Shown here: piece after piece, positions 1 through 14,000 of the stretch | How positions within the stretch are numbered: position 1 is the stretch's first letter | Layout: every line of letters begins with the position of its first letter | Assembly: GCA_032718475.1 (NCBI GenBank) | Contig: JAUCBJ010003375.1 | Span: forward strand, 1-49,349 | Direction of reading: 5' to 3' | Origin: Nemertoderma westbladi | Lineage: Eukaryota; Animalia; Xenacoelomorpha | Length of the DNA stretch: 49,349 nucleotides | Translations under genes and position numbers: made by a program | The notes under the pieces: model-generated | Seen by the model: only the letters and a program-made list of their open reading frames with translations | Told to the model about the DNA's origin: nothing | The model's database searches: none

Positions 1-1527
1 ACCGAGAGAGGATCCATAAGTCGCCTCCGGTGTATATCGATGGAGGATCCATATAGTCGCCTCCGATATATACCGAGGGAGGATCCATATAATCGCCTCC
101 AGTAGATATCGAGATAGGATCCATATAGTCACCCCCGGTAGATACCGAGAGAGGATCCATATAGTCGCCTCCGTTAGATACCGAGAGAGGATCCATATAG
201 TCGCCTCCGATATATACCGAGGGAGGATCCATATAATCGCCTCCAGTAGATATCGAGATAGGATCCATATAGTCACCCCCGGTAGATACCGAGGGAGGAT
301 CCATATAGTCACCCCCGGTAGATACCGAGGGGGGATCCAAATAGTCGTCTCCGGTTGATACCGAGTGAGGATCCATATAGTCGTCTGCAGTATATACCGA
401 GAGAGGATCCATATAGTCGCCTCCGGTGTATATCGATGGAGGATCCATATAGTCGCCTCCGTTAGATACCGAGAGAGGATCATATAGTCGCCTCCGATAG
501 ATACCGAGGGACGATCCATATAGTCACCCCCGGTAGATACCGAGGTAGGATCCAAATAGTCGCCTCCGGTTGATACCGAGTGAGGATCCATATAGTCGTC
601 TGCAGTATATACCGAGAGAGGATCCATATAGTCGCCTCCGGTAGATACCGAGGGAGGATCCATATAGTCGCCTCCGTTAGATACCGAGAGAGGATCCATA
701 TAGTCGCCTCCGATATATACCGAGGGAGGATCCATATAATCGCCTCCAGTAGATATCGAGATAGGATCCATATAGTCACCCCCGGTAGATACCGAGGGAG
801 GATCCATATAGTCACCCCCGGTAGATACCGAGGGGGGATCCAAATAGTCGTCTCCGGTTGATACCGAGTGAGGATCCATATAGTCGTCTGCAGTATATAC
901 CGAGAGAGGATCCATATAGTCGCCTCCGGTGTATATCGATGGAGGATCCATATAGTTGCCTCCGATAGATACCGAGGGAAGATCCATATAGTCGCCTCCA
1001 GTAGATATCGAGATAGGATCCATATAGTCACCCCCGGTAGATACCGAGGTAGGATCCAAATAGTCGCCTCCGGTTGATACCGAGTGAGGATCCATATAGT
1101 CGTCTGCAGTATATACCGAGAGAGGATCCATATAGTCGCCTCCGGTAGATACCGAGGGAGGATCCATATAGTCGCCTCCGGTAGATACCGAGAGAGGATC
1201 CATATAGTCTCCTCCGGTAGATACCGAGAGAGGATCCATATAGTCTCCTCCGGTAGATACCGAGAGAGGATCCATATAGTCGCCTCCGTTAGATACCGAG
1301 GGAGGATCCATATAGTCGCCTCCGGTAGATACCGAGAGAGGATCCATATAGTCTCCTCCGGTAGATACCGAGAGAGGATCCATATAGTCTCCTCCGGTAG
1401 ATACCGAGAGAGGATCCATATAGTCGCCTCCGGTAGATACCGAGGGAGGATCCATATAGTCGCCTCCGTTAGATACCGAGAGATGATCCATATAGTCGCC
1501 TCCGGTAGATACCGAGAGAGGATCCAT
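1..1527. repeat. 36-bp minisatellite, ~42 copies, runs off the window start
   Basis: Unit GGATCCATATAGTCGCCTCCGGTAGATACCGAGAGA. Confidence 0.97.
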
Positions 1528-1908
1528 TCAATCATATCATTTACTCAATCGCAATTTAAACACAATCTTAACTGAAAAATAATTAAAATTAAAATTAAAC
1601 TATTTACTTTAATTAAGACTTAATATCTAACACTTTCTAACAATAATATTAGAGTCGCGACGTTTTAGAACCGAAAGATAGCGCGGATTTTACAGTAAAT
1701 GATACGAGAACTGCAATAATCTTATCGTTATCGAGTGCTTTATGGGTGGTTAATAGAGGCTCTTGATACTCACCCGTGGTATAAAGTTAGATGTGGTATA
1801 CATACGGTGTTATATAATATTTCCCTTTTCAAATAAAATAAGTACAAGGAACATATAATTACTAACGGTAAATTATAATTATTGATCGCGTTATCTTTTC
1901 TTCTGCAG

Positions 1909-2059
1909 CTTCGACGTGAATGTTTCGCAAACCAGTCTATCAGACGACCTTCCATTGGCGGTTCACCACTGCTGGAATGTAACGGACTCACAGATGCTAC
2001 GGTTACATGGAATGTGCCAGTCTACAGTCTACACAGTGTTTATTGTATCAAATTTTAAG
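1909..2059 (+). CDS. FN3 gene exon 1 (numbered within window)
   Basis: Acceptor ttttcttctgcag; peptide FDVNVSQ...[21 protein letters not shown]; donor aag|gtatac. Confidence 0.7.
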
Positions 2060-5000
2060 GTATACCAAGATATTGTTCCATTTATCAATACGGGGCCAGG
2101 GCAGTTTTCGTTTCGGCACGAATGCTTTAAAGAGACTAGCCAGCCAGGGGGTCCCGCTCTAGAAGTATTTCGTAAGACTTTGTGCATAACGGCCCCCGAA
2201 GAAAACTGAAACTTTAATTATAAAACAATAAAGGCTCGGTCCTAAACAAGTTAGAAAACGGAATCCAATTGCTACTTACCCAAGCAAAAACAGGATTCCC
2301 AATAAAATATTTCTCTTTTACATTTCGAGCGATAGTCATGAGTTTACAATTGTTATGACACTTAAAAGTCAATTAAGTTCTTTAATTCAGTTCTGTAATA
2401 AAATTCAAAGTCGAGTTGAATCCAAATATAAATATTTAATTAGAATAATTACAACGTTTCCAGCGTTAATTTATCCATCAGGAAATAACTAATTTCAACT
2501 ACTTGTTACTTAGGTTGATGACGATGGAGGTGAGATTCAGGCGTCATCACAACGTGCAGCCTACCTAACCTACGGACCTCCCTGTGCACCACGGCCCGCT
2601 GTCATAGAGACGGGTCTGCTACAGGCGGTAGTGCAGTGGCCTGAGTCCCATTCGCATCCCCGTGTACCCGTGACTGGTTACAACGTCTACACTAACGGCC
2701 AACTACTACGGGAAATAACTAATCGAGAAGTCGCATTTACCGATCTCTCTCCTGGTAGTGCAATAACGGTAAGTTAGGCATACTATGGGCACATTTAGTG
2801 AGTCGTCAGTGACAAACGGGAAAGTTATGAACATTATGTAGAATGTTACGTTTAGTTGTAGTAGTAGTTTAGTTTGTTAGGCTTCACACACAATTTTCTA
2901 GTTAGTAGAGCTATAGATATACAACATTAACAATGTAGGTAGATTGTTTGGGTTCATTTACTCAGCAAAGTTGCAAACATAAAACATACCCGAACACGAC
3001 TTAAATTTAGGATACCATTTAGTATAAATAATTATAGTTTAGATACAAAAGATAATGAGTTGTACTCTAATAACAGTAATGATAATGATATTATAATATA
3101 GGTGACCGTGGAGGCGTTATCTACGTTGGGTTCTAGTCCACCTAGCCAATCTATAATGTTGCTATGTCCTGAAGCCCCACCCCAACCAGCAGTCACACTT
3201 CAAAGTCCTTCCAAGGCATCACAGTTCATATTAAGGTAAGTAAAATATTTATAATAATATAAATTGCAAGATATTCTAAACAGTGTTAAAGACAGGGTTC
3301 TGGAACTATTTAAACAAAGTGTACTATAATTGTGTAGAACAATATAACTCTTAAGAACAATTAATTGTTGACCAGAGAACAGTATTCTAGAATTTATCTT
3401 GTGTTCTAGAAAAATAGTCTTCTATAACAGTTTAGAATAATGTGCTCATTTTATAATAGTTGAGAAAAGAGTTCTACAGTAGAGCTGTTTAAGCATTTTC
3501 TACTAATGTTTAGAACAAGTTCTTGATCTGTTTAGAACAGTTCCAGAATTCTTTGGAGACTATTATAAATCGTTTAGAAGTGTCTCCAACATGGCAGTTT
3601 AGAAGAATTTTGCAAAACTATTTAGAACATTGTTCCAGACATGTTTAGATCAGTTCTCCAAAACTATTTAGAACATTTTTCCAGACATGTTTAGATCAGT
3701 TCTCCAAAACTATTTAGAACATTTTTCCAGACATGTTTAGATCAGTTCTCCAAAACTATTTAGAACATTTTTCCAGACATGTTTATATCAGTTCTCCAAA
3801 ACTATTTAGAACATTTTTCCAGACATGTTTAGATCAGTTCTCCAAAACTATTTAGAACATTGTTCCAGACATGTTTAGATCAGTTCTCCAAAACTATTTA
3901 GAACATTGTTCCAGACATGTTTAGATCAGTTCTCCAAAACTATTTAGAACATTTTTCCAGACATGTTTAGATCAGTTCTCCAAAACTATTTAGAACATTT
4001 TTCCAGACATGTTTATATCAGTTCTCCAAAACTATTTAGAACATTTTTCCAGACATGTTTAGATCAGTTCTCCAAAACTATTTAGAACATTGTTCCAGAC
4101 ATGTTTAGATCAGTTCTCCAAAACTATTTAGAACATTGTTCCAGACATGTTTAGATCAGTTCTCCAAAACTATTTAGAACATTTTTCCAGACATGTTTAG
4201 ATCAGTTCTCCAAAACTATTTAGAACATTTTTCCAGACATGTTTATATCAGTTCTCCAAAACTATTTAGAACATTGTTCCAGACATGTTTAGATCAGTTC
4301 TCCAAAACTATTTAGAACATTTTTCCAGACATGTTTAGATCAGTTCTCCAAAAGTATTTAGAACAGTGTTTGTTAGTCAAAACAGCATTAGACCGTCTTT
4401 ACATTGAACTTCTTATTATGTCCATGGTGCGCGTATAGTGGGTGCGCGTATACAGTAGTGGTGTAATTTATGGCTCCGATTCAGTCATAAAATTAAAGAC
4501 ATCCACTACGTTTAAACGTGTCTCCATGGTAATCTCAGCATAACTGCACGGTCATGGGTAGTCCGTAGACATGGGTAGTCCGTAGACATGGGTAGTCCGT
4601 AGACATGGGTAGTCCGTAGACATGGGTAGTCCGTAGACATGGGTAGTCCGTAGACATGGGTAGTCCGTAGACATGGGTAGTACGTAGACATGGGTAGTCC
4701 GTAGACATGGGTAGTCCGTAGACATGGGTAGTTCGTAGACATGGGTAGTCCGTAGACATGGGTAGTCCGTAGACATGGGTAGTCCGTAGACATGGGTAGT
4801 CCGTAGACATGGGTAGTCCGTAGACATGGGTAGTCCGTAGACATGGGTAGTCCGTAGACATGGGTAGTCCGTAGACATGGGTAGTCCGTAGACATGGGTA
4901 GTCCGTAGACATGGGTAGTCCGTAGACATGGGTAGTCCGTAGACATGGGTAGTCCGTAGACATGGGTAGTCCGTAGACATGGGTAGTCCGTAGACACGGG

Positions 5001-8000
5001 TTAAATTCCCATCGGTGACTAACATTCGTTTTATAAATTGATAAATTTTATATAATAATTATTAGTCAAAACGATGTCTACAATACAAATACAAACATAC
5101 ACATACAAACATACACATACAAACATACACATACAAACATACAAACATACACATACAAACATACACATACAAACATACACATACAAACATACACATACAA
5201 ACATACACATACAAACATACACATACACATACAAACATACACATACAAACATACACATACAAACATACACATACAAACATACACATACAAACATAAACAT
5301 ACAAACATACACATACACACCCCTACACATACAAACATACACATACAAACATACACATACACATACAAACATACATACAGTACAGTATTTAATGTTACCG
5401 TTTACAACAGCCACAATCTAAGTACTATACGAATTCCATACAATATCGATTGTATCATATCATACGGTGTCCTTGATGAAGTGACATGACATAATTAATT
5501 TTCATTACCCTGGGAATAAATTAAATATAAAACATTTTATTTTTTATATTGTTTTTTTAAATAATAAAAAAAACAAGAATTTTGATTGGCGCTATGGCGG
5601 TAAATTTGAAATAATGTAAAGCTCTTGCGATAATGTGTCAGAGTCAGAGTTATTAAAATTTCAAAATTAGTACCGGTACCGGTAGTCCCTTTTTCGATAA
5701 TCTTTCTTGTCTTTCCATTCTTGTATTTACTTTTTTTACTTACTTACTATTTACCATTTACTTTTTTACCATTTACTTACTATTTACTTAGTAGCATTGG
5801 CTAACTAATCTTGTTTAATACACAATGAATACGTTTCGATTGGCGCTGATTCAACTAAAAACAGGAGCCAACAAACAACTCAATGTGAAACGCGCCCTAG
5901 AGTTCGTACGGCAAGCTGCGGCTAACGGCAGCTCATTGGTCGCACTCCCGGAATGTTTTAACTGTCCCTATGGGAACCAATACTTCCCCGACTACGCCGA
6001 ACCAATCCCGGACGGAGAGACTGCTCGGTCGCTAAGCGACACGGCACGCGAGCTGGGAATCCATCTGATAGGCGGATCCATACCGGAGCGAGACGCGGAC
6101 GGCAAACTGTATAACACGTGCACAGTATGGTCGCCAGATGGCGCTCTGTTAGTCAAACACAGGAAAATCCATCTATTCGATATCGACATTCCGGGAAAGA
6201 TTCGATTCCAGGAGTCGGAAACACTCTCTCCCGGAAAACATTTCTCTACGTTCGATACGCCGCATTGCCGTATTGGAATCGGCATTTGTTACGACGTGCG
6301 TTTCGCGGAGTTGGCCATGGTCTACGCGGATTTGGACTGCAGACTGTTGGTCTACCCGGGCGCGTTCAGTGCGGCTACCGGGCCGGTCAGTTGGGAGCTG
6401 CTGGGACGCGCTCGGGCCGCCGATAACCAGTTGTACGTGGCCATGCCTGCGCCGGCGACCGACACAGAGGCGAGTTACGAATCGTACGGTCACAGTATGG
6501 TGGCCGGTCCCGACGGGGCTGTGGTCGCCGGTTGTCAGGGCGATGAGACCGTTGTGTACGCGGATATAGACCTGGGTGAGGTGGACCGGTACAGAGAGAG
6601 CGTACCGGTACGCAAACAGAAACGGTTCGAATTGTACTCCCAGGTTAAACCCATATCGAGATACTAGTGGGTAAGAAGTGTCCGTAAAGAATGGATCCTA
6701 ATTAAATACAGTAGTCGTTGACTTTTATTACGCTACTCCTGTACTAGTAGTGGTGTAAACCCTGCTGACTGCTTCTCTGTTATACCCATCAAAAATCATC
6801 ACATTAATTAAATTAAATATTTGGCTCAAATCGGTTTCAGTACACCCACCTTGGTCGGAGGTGATCGCTGATCGTTTATTGTTTTGGTTAGAAAAGCCCG
6901 CCTCTGTAACCTGCTCCTTTCCCTCAATTGGTAAAGTGGCCGTTTATTGTTTTGGTTAGAAAAGCCCGCCTCTGTAACCTGCTCCCTTCCCTCAATTGGT
7001 ATTAACAGGAAATCCTTTTGAGAACAATACTGAAGGGTTGCGTTAAACCCGAAAATTTTCAGAAAATAGTAGCGATTTTTAAGTGACTGAGTGGTTTATA
7101 TATATTTTTTGAGAAAATATAATTTAATGTAATTTTTTATATATAATTTTATATATATATACCAGTACAGTACATCAGAAAATCAACGGGTTTTGGAACT
7201 TCAAAAAATTTCCAAGTGGGTGTACTGAAACCGATTTTACCCAAATATTTTTGTGGTATGGAGATACTCATTTAGCAATATTAAGCGATCTTAATCGGGA
7301 TTATTAATTAACTGTGTGCTGTGTTTATCACTTATGTATTACGTCTCAAAATAAATTATTACATTCCGCAGTCAAGAGTCCAGCTGAATGTTTTTTCGTT
7401 CCCCATTCTAGGTTGCCAACAAATATTTATTTAACAGCACAAATGGAAGACCTTGTAGGAATTGAAGTTGAGTTTGGTTGTGGTTTAGATAGAGGTTTTA
7501 TGCAGGATAAGTATAAACAGTGCATTCCTCTCTTATCGCAGTGAAACCCTCACCTCACCCGGGAATTAATATCGCAACATTCAACTTATTTATTATTAAA
7601 ACTTCCGCACGGCTTCGGAATACTGATAGTGAAAATGATTAAGTATTTCCTAGTCACTGAGGCTCAATCCGAATTGATAAAACCCTCTGATTTTATTTTT
7701 CCTCTCTTTGGAAATATTCCTTAATTATAATTATATAGCGTTGGAATGGATTGTTTTATTATTGTAGGGTATCGGTGCTGCTTTGAAGGTTTATAATAGA
7801 TTTTCCCAACGAATTTATTGCTCTCAACGGATGGGGGGGGGGGGGGGGGGGGATTTCTATGCAATCAAAATTCATCCTCACCAGGGGAAATCAACGCAAA
7901 TAGCGGCTGATTTTGTTTCTTTTATTGTTTTGGTTAGAGCGGACCCACTGTTACCTGCTCCTTTCCCTTAACTTCTAATTGAGATATGATTTTCGTTAAG

Positions 8001-11000
8001 TTGTCCTCCTCGACTTGTATCCTAACGAAATAACGGTATGTTTATAGAGTTAGTTGGTACATCGAACGTATGAATGGAGGTCAGCTAACTCATTTATTTA
8101 TTTCTCATAAAACAATCATTAATTCACATGATTTCATGATTTATTTTCTCACAGATGGAGGTCCCCGGACGCAACACAATGGCCCACGATCCATCACTAC
8201 AATATCTACGTGGATAATAAACTATTTGATAGAGTTGAATGCGACGACGACATTGTCGAGTACACGTTGTCTGGTTTGGAACCATCGCAAGAAACATCCG
8301 TCACTGTACAGGTGCGAAATAATAAAACAAAGAAGGAATGACCAAGGGTAATACACTAATAATGATGTAAAGTTGGCTATTCTTACTTTTTCTTTGGTTT
8401 TCCTCTTTCGGGTAGGGGGGTGGCGGGGAGTGGGTGAGGCAGGTGAAATTAAACTCCATGGAAAAACTAGCGAATTAAGATAAGAAATGGAAATGTTTAA
8501 TCTGTAATTTTGACTTTCAGTTTTGGTTTGGTCCGTTTATCGTTTATTTGGTTATACAAATTTGGTTGAACTTTAACCTGTGTCCAGTCCAGTCCAGTGG
8601 CTTATCTCTCCTTCCACACTGCAGGCAGTGTCTCTAATTACTTTGGGTATTTTGATACATACAGACTCACGTTGGAGACAAGATAGTTGGTCCTCTAGAG
8701 GCTATTGTTGGAGTCACATCGCCCATCTCGGAAGCGGAGGTCGTCAGGGTTACTGCCGGGCCTCCCACGTCGCCTAGGTTACAGTTAGTCGGTCTACGAC
8801 CGGACGGTATAGAGGTTGCCTGGGAGACCAGAGAGCAATGGTCCGACGCAAATGTTATAGTAAGTCAACAGCATACTAGTTGGGGTGTCATTATAGTTAG
8901 TAGGTAGGTATAGGTTACACGAAGAACTGGCCTCTATTGCTGCACATTAGCAACCCGACACGTTATAAATGCAACCCAGCCATCTTATCTCCATAGTTTA
9001 ACTCCCCAATGAGTAATTAAAGGTAATATTTAACTAGTCGCGGATAAACTGTACTTTATCTCATTCGTTCCCAGGGTTACCGACTGTTGATTAACGGCGA
9101 CCTTCAACCCAACCTTATCGCGACGGATACCAACACCTATCGGGTGAAGTGTTCCACTCTAGGGAGTATGGTTCGTCTGCAGTTAGTCGGCTTTACAGAT
9201 CGGCCAATAGGAGAAGAGAACGAGGATGACCACCACGATAGCAATGCAGCAATCGGAGGTAAATCAGCTGAACTGCAGCAGCAGAAGTATTTTATAAACC
9301 AGATTGATTTAATCTGGCTTATTTGATTTTCAATAATGATTGTTATTTTTTATTACCAGTCGATCAACGACGAAAAAGTCATACCAAGTCAGTATTAGAT
9401 CCATCCCACGTTATTCTAACCAATAACAATAAACGAAAGAGCAGGTTACAGTGTCACGTTATTATAATCAAAACAATAAACCCTAGAACAAGTTTAACGT
9501 TTTATTATTGAGAGTAATCAGCTGTTATTTGCGTCGATTTTATCCTGGAGTGGGATTTATTTTCATTCCCCCCCCCCCCCCCCCCCCCCTCTATCTTGAA
9601 TTTGCTTATTGACGACGGTGTTTTATCACACCGTTTTCGTTAATTAACCACCGTCACCGTAAATTCTTGCAGAGCGGGAATTTCGATGCAAAGCAGGTCC
9701 GGTGTTAAACGTTGAGTATACCGGCCTAGTAATGCCGCCACGAAATATTAAAATAATCGATGTTATTGGGACAGCGGCAAAAGTGACGTGGGACACCACA
9801 GGCCGTGTTGGCCAGCACTATGTGGCACCAGAGGTGAGTACATAAGTGGGACACGACAGGCCGTGTTGGCCAGCACTATGTGGCACCAGAGGTGAGTACG
9901 TAAGTGGGACACCACAGACCGTGCTGGTCAGCACTATGTGGTACCAGAGGTGAGTACATAAGAGAGACACCACAGGTCGTGTTGGCCAGCACTATGTGGC
10001 ACCAGAGGTGAGTACATAAGTGGGACACCACAGACCGTGCTGGTCAGCACTATGTGGTACCAGAGGTGAGTACATAAGAGAGACACCACAGGTCGTGTTG
10101 GTCAGCACTATGTGGCACCAGAGGTGAGTACATAAGTGGAACTCCACAGGCCGTGCTGGTCAGCACTATGTGCACCAGAGGTGAGTACATATTAATTTAT
10201 CGCTTATACATTTAATAATCATCATTTTGGAGTGATGCCACTACCACTATCCACATGCTGCGTTGCAGCTGCATTATATATATTAGATATATATTACATA
10301 TATATTAATAATACTGTGCCGGCTTGTCGACAAAATTTCGCCGCCACAACTCCCTATCACCCATGATATTTTCACGTTCATTCGCATCTTCAAGGCCAGT
10401 GTCCTTTAAGATGCGTCTCAAGAAAGTCATGGACTGTCCACCATGCTTATTCACTCAATGAGGCCGCCAAAGCACGAGATTATGTAATGGGTAGTCCTCA
10501 TGGCGAATCCAATGTCCTGCAAAGCGGAGGCGGTTCCGGTTAGACTAATGAAACACTTCAATATTGAAGTGATGGCGGGCGCCTCACAATTTATTAAAGA
10601 AAAAAGTTAACCTAATGCTGATATTATTATTACATATTTTATCAATTGATCTAAAGGCAGCATTTGATAGGGTCTCCTATAATCAACTATTTTGGAAACT
10701 GCGGTCAACTGGCTTACAAGATAACTTGGTTTCAGCCATTCACTCCTATTATCAATCCGGGAAAGCAACCCTCAAGATCGATGGTCTGCTCTACAAGAAT
10801 CAATTTGATATTTTGCAGGGCGTACGTCAGGGTGGTGTCCTATCGGCCATATGATTTAATCTATATATGGCTGATCTATTCCATGAGATAGAGAACAGTG
10901 GATTAGGAATACACAAAACATTTACCTTGTGGCGCGATTAGATATGCAGACGATATAATTTTTATTGGAAATACGAAGACAGACATTGAAAAAATGATCA

Positions 11001-14000
11001 CAATCGCGGAAGAATACTTTTCCCATAACCATCTTCTGATAAGCCCTAATCCAAATAAATCACACTACATAGTGATAGATGAAAATGAGAAAATTGTACC
11101 TGGGGGATATGTGGAGCTACACGGTCGTACAATTAAATCTGATTAAATCGATTCATATTCCTAGGAATGCCAGTTCCATTTAACCATAAAGGTATAGCAA
11201 GACACTTCAAGAGTAAACTATGGAATCAAGTGAGCAATTTAGAATCGAGAGGCCTATGTGTTGATAGGGTCCCCCTTTCCATTGTCTCAAAACTATGGGC
11301 ATTTATCTGCTTACCCTCGGCTCTGTATGGGTCTGCCTTACTATGTGAAACACGCCTTCTTGAAGTAGCACGATCATGTCGCAAAGGCTTACGAAGAACA
11401 CTCCGACTTGGAAATTACTTGGACTCTGCGACACTTTGCAGTATTTTGAACCAACCAAAATTAGAGACCTTAACCAGATTTCACAACTGCAGACTTGTTA
11501 ACAATGTATTTAATACAGGCAACAATAGGTTGACTGCCCTGTATAGTTATTGGCTTGTTTTACATTTAATGGGGGGCACCAAAACAGATATAGTTTCGCA
11601 ATATAAAATCAATTCGTGGTTGCTAGATCTTCCATCACTACCTTCACTGAGTGTCAATAAATACGGAATTAAAACTCTTCCTAAACAAAAGAGGTGCAGT
11701 GAACAGCAAGATATCTCAGACGTGGATCTTATAAAAACCTGGTTTATAACTTGTGTATTAAATATGAGGGTTACTACTTTTACTGATTTCGCGTCCAAAC
11801 AAGAAGTAATTACGGACTATATAAACCAAAGTTAGTATAGCCACCGGGGTGTTAGCCATTTAATTGAACTCGGCAATGGTTAATAAATGTATTATGGTTA
11901 ATTTATTTCGTTATGATGTTTGTAGACCAACAATGTTCTTTTATATTCAATATGTGTTGCTCTGTGCCTCTATGGTATTTTTACTTAGTGTTGCTCTGTG
12001 CCTCTATGGTATTTTTACTTAGTGTTGCTCTGTGCCTCTATGGTATTTTTACTTACTGTTGCTCTGTGCCTCTATGGTATTTTTACTTACTGTTGCTCTG
12101 TGCCTCTATGGTATTTTTACTTAGTGTTGCTCTATGCCTTTATGGTATTTTTACTTAGTGTTGCTCTGTGCCTCTATGGTATTTTTACTTAGTGTTGCTC
12201 TTTGCCTCTATGGTATTTTTACTTAGTGTTGCTCTGTGCCTCTATGGTATTTTTACTTACTGTTGCTCTGTGCCTCTATGGTATTTTTACTTAGTGTTGC
12301 TCTGTGCCTCTATGGTATTTTTACTTAGTGTTGCTCGCGTGCCTCTATGGTATTTTTACTTAGTGTTGCTCTGTGCCTTTATGGTATTTTTACTTAGTGT
12401 TGCTCTGTGCCTCTATGGTATTTTTACTTACTGTTGCTCTGTGCCTTTATGGTATTTTTACTTAGTGTTGCTCTGTGCCTCTATGGTATTTTTACTTAGT
12501 GTTGCTCTGTGCCTCTATGGTATTTTTACTTAGTGTTGCTCTGTGCCTCTATGGTATTTTTACTTAGTGTTGCTCTGTGCCTCTATGGTATTTTTACTTA
12601 GTGTTGCTCTGTGCCTCTATGGTATTTTTACTTACTGTTGCTCTGTGCCTCTATGGTATTTTTACTTAGTGTTGCTCTGTGCCTCTATGGTATTTTTACT
12701 TAGTGTTGCTCGCGGCCTCTATGGTATTTTTACTTAGTGTTGCTCTGTGCCTTTATGGTATTTTTACTTAGTGTTGCTCTGTGCCTCTATGGTATTTTTA
12801 CTTAGTGTTGCTCTGTGCCTCTATGGTATTTTTACTTAGTGTTGCTCTGTGCCTCTATGGTATTTTTACTTAGTGTTGCTCTGTGCCTCTATGGTATTTT
12901 TACTTAGTGTTGCTCTGTGCCTCTATGGTATTTTTACTTAGTGTTGCTCTGTGCCTCTATGGTATTTTTACTTAGTGTTGCTCTGTGCCTTTATGGTATT
13001 TTTACTTAGTGTTGCTCTGTGCCTCTATGGTATTTTTACTTAGTGTTGCTCTGTGCCTCTATGGTATTTTTACTTAGTGTTGCTCTGTGCCTCTATGGTA
13101 TTTTTACTTAGTGTTGCTCTGTGCCTCTATGGTATTTTTACTTAGTGTTGCTCTGTGCCTTCTATGGTATTTTTACTTAGTGTTGCTCTGTGCCTCTATG
13201 GTATTTTTACTTAGTGTTGCTCTGTGCCTCTATGGTATTTTTACTTAGTGTTGCTCTGTGCCTTTATGGTATTTTTACTTACTGTTGCTCTGTGCCTTTA
13301 TGGTATTTTTACTTAGTGTTGCTCTGTGCCTCTATGGTATTTTTACTTAGTGTTGCTCTGTGCCTCTATGGTATTTTTACTTACTGTTGCTCTGTGCCTC
13401 TATGGTATTTTTACTTAGTGTTGCTCTGTGCCTCTATGGTATTTTTACTTAGTGTTGCTCGCGGCCTCTATGGTATTTTTACTTAGTGTTGCTCTGTGCC
13501 TTTATGGTATTTTTACTTAGTGTTGCTCTGTGCCTCTATGGTATTTTTACTTAGTGTTGCTCTGTGCCTCTATGGTATTTTTACTTAGTGTTGCTCTATG
13601 CCTCTATGGTATTTTTACTTAGTGTTGCTCTGTGCCTCTATGGTATTTTTACTTAGTGTTGCTCTGTGCCTCTATGGTATTTTTACTTAGTGTTGCTCTG
13701 TGCCTCTATGGTATTTTTACTTAGTGTTGCTCTGTGCCTCTATGGTATTTTTACTTAGTGTTGCTCTGTGCCTCTATGGTATTTTTACTTAGTGTTGCTC
13801 TGTGCCTCTATGGTATTTTTACTTAGTGTTGCTCTGTGCCGCTATGGTATTTTTACTTAGTGTTGCTCTGTGCCTCTATGGTATTTTTACTTAGTGTTGC
13901 TCTGTGCCTCTATGGTATTTTTACTTAGTGTTGCTCTGTGCCTCTATGGTATTTTTACTTAGTGTTGCTCTGTGCCTCTATGGTATTTTTACTTAGTGTT

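Noticed and set aside
480-1575. 12-aa-repeat ORFs on both strands
   Set aside because: They come from a 36-bp minisatellite with no unique coding sequence or credible gene context.
5992-6569. ORFs overlapping NIT2 (and likewise those overlapping the dehydrogenase and pol)
   Set aside because: They are shadow frames of GC-rich real coding sequence.
8625-8664. Alternative acceptor at 8624 giving VTVQ|AVSL
   Set aside because: It is out of frame with the rest of exon 5 and stops at 8777; RNA-seq would be needed to exclude it fully.
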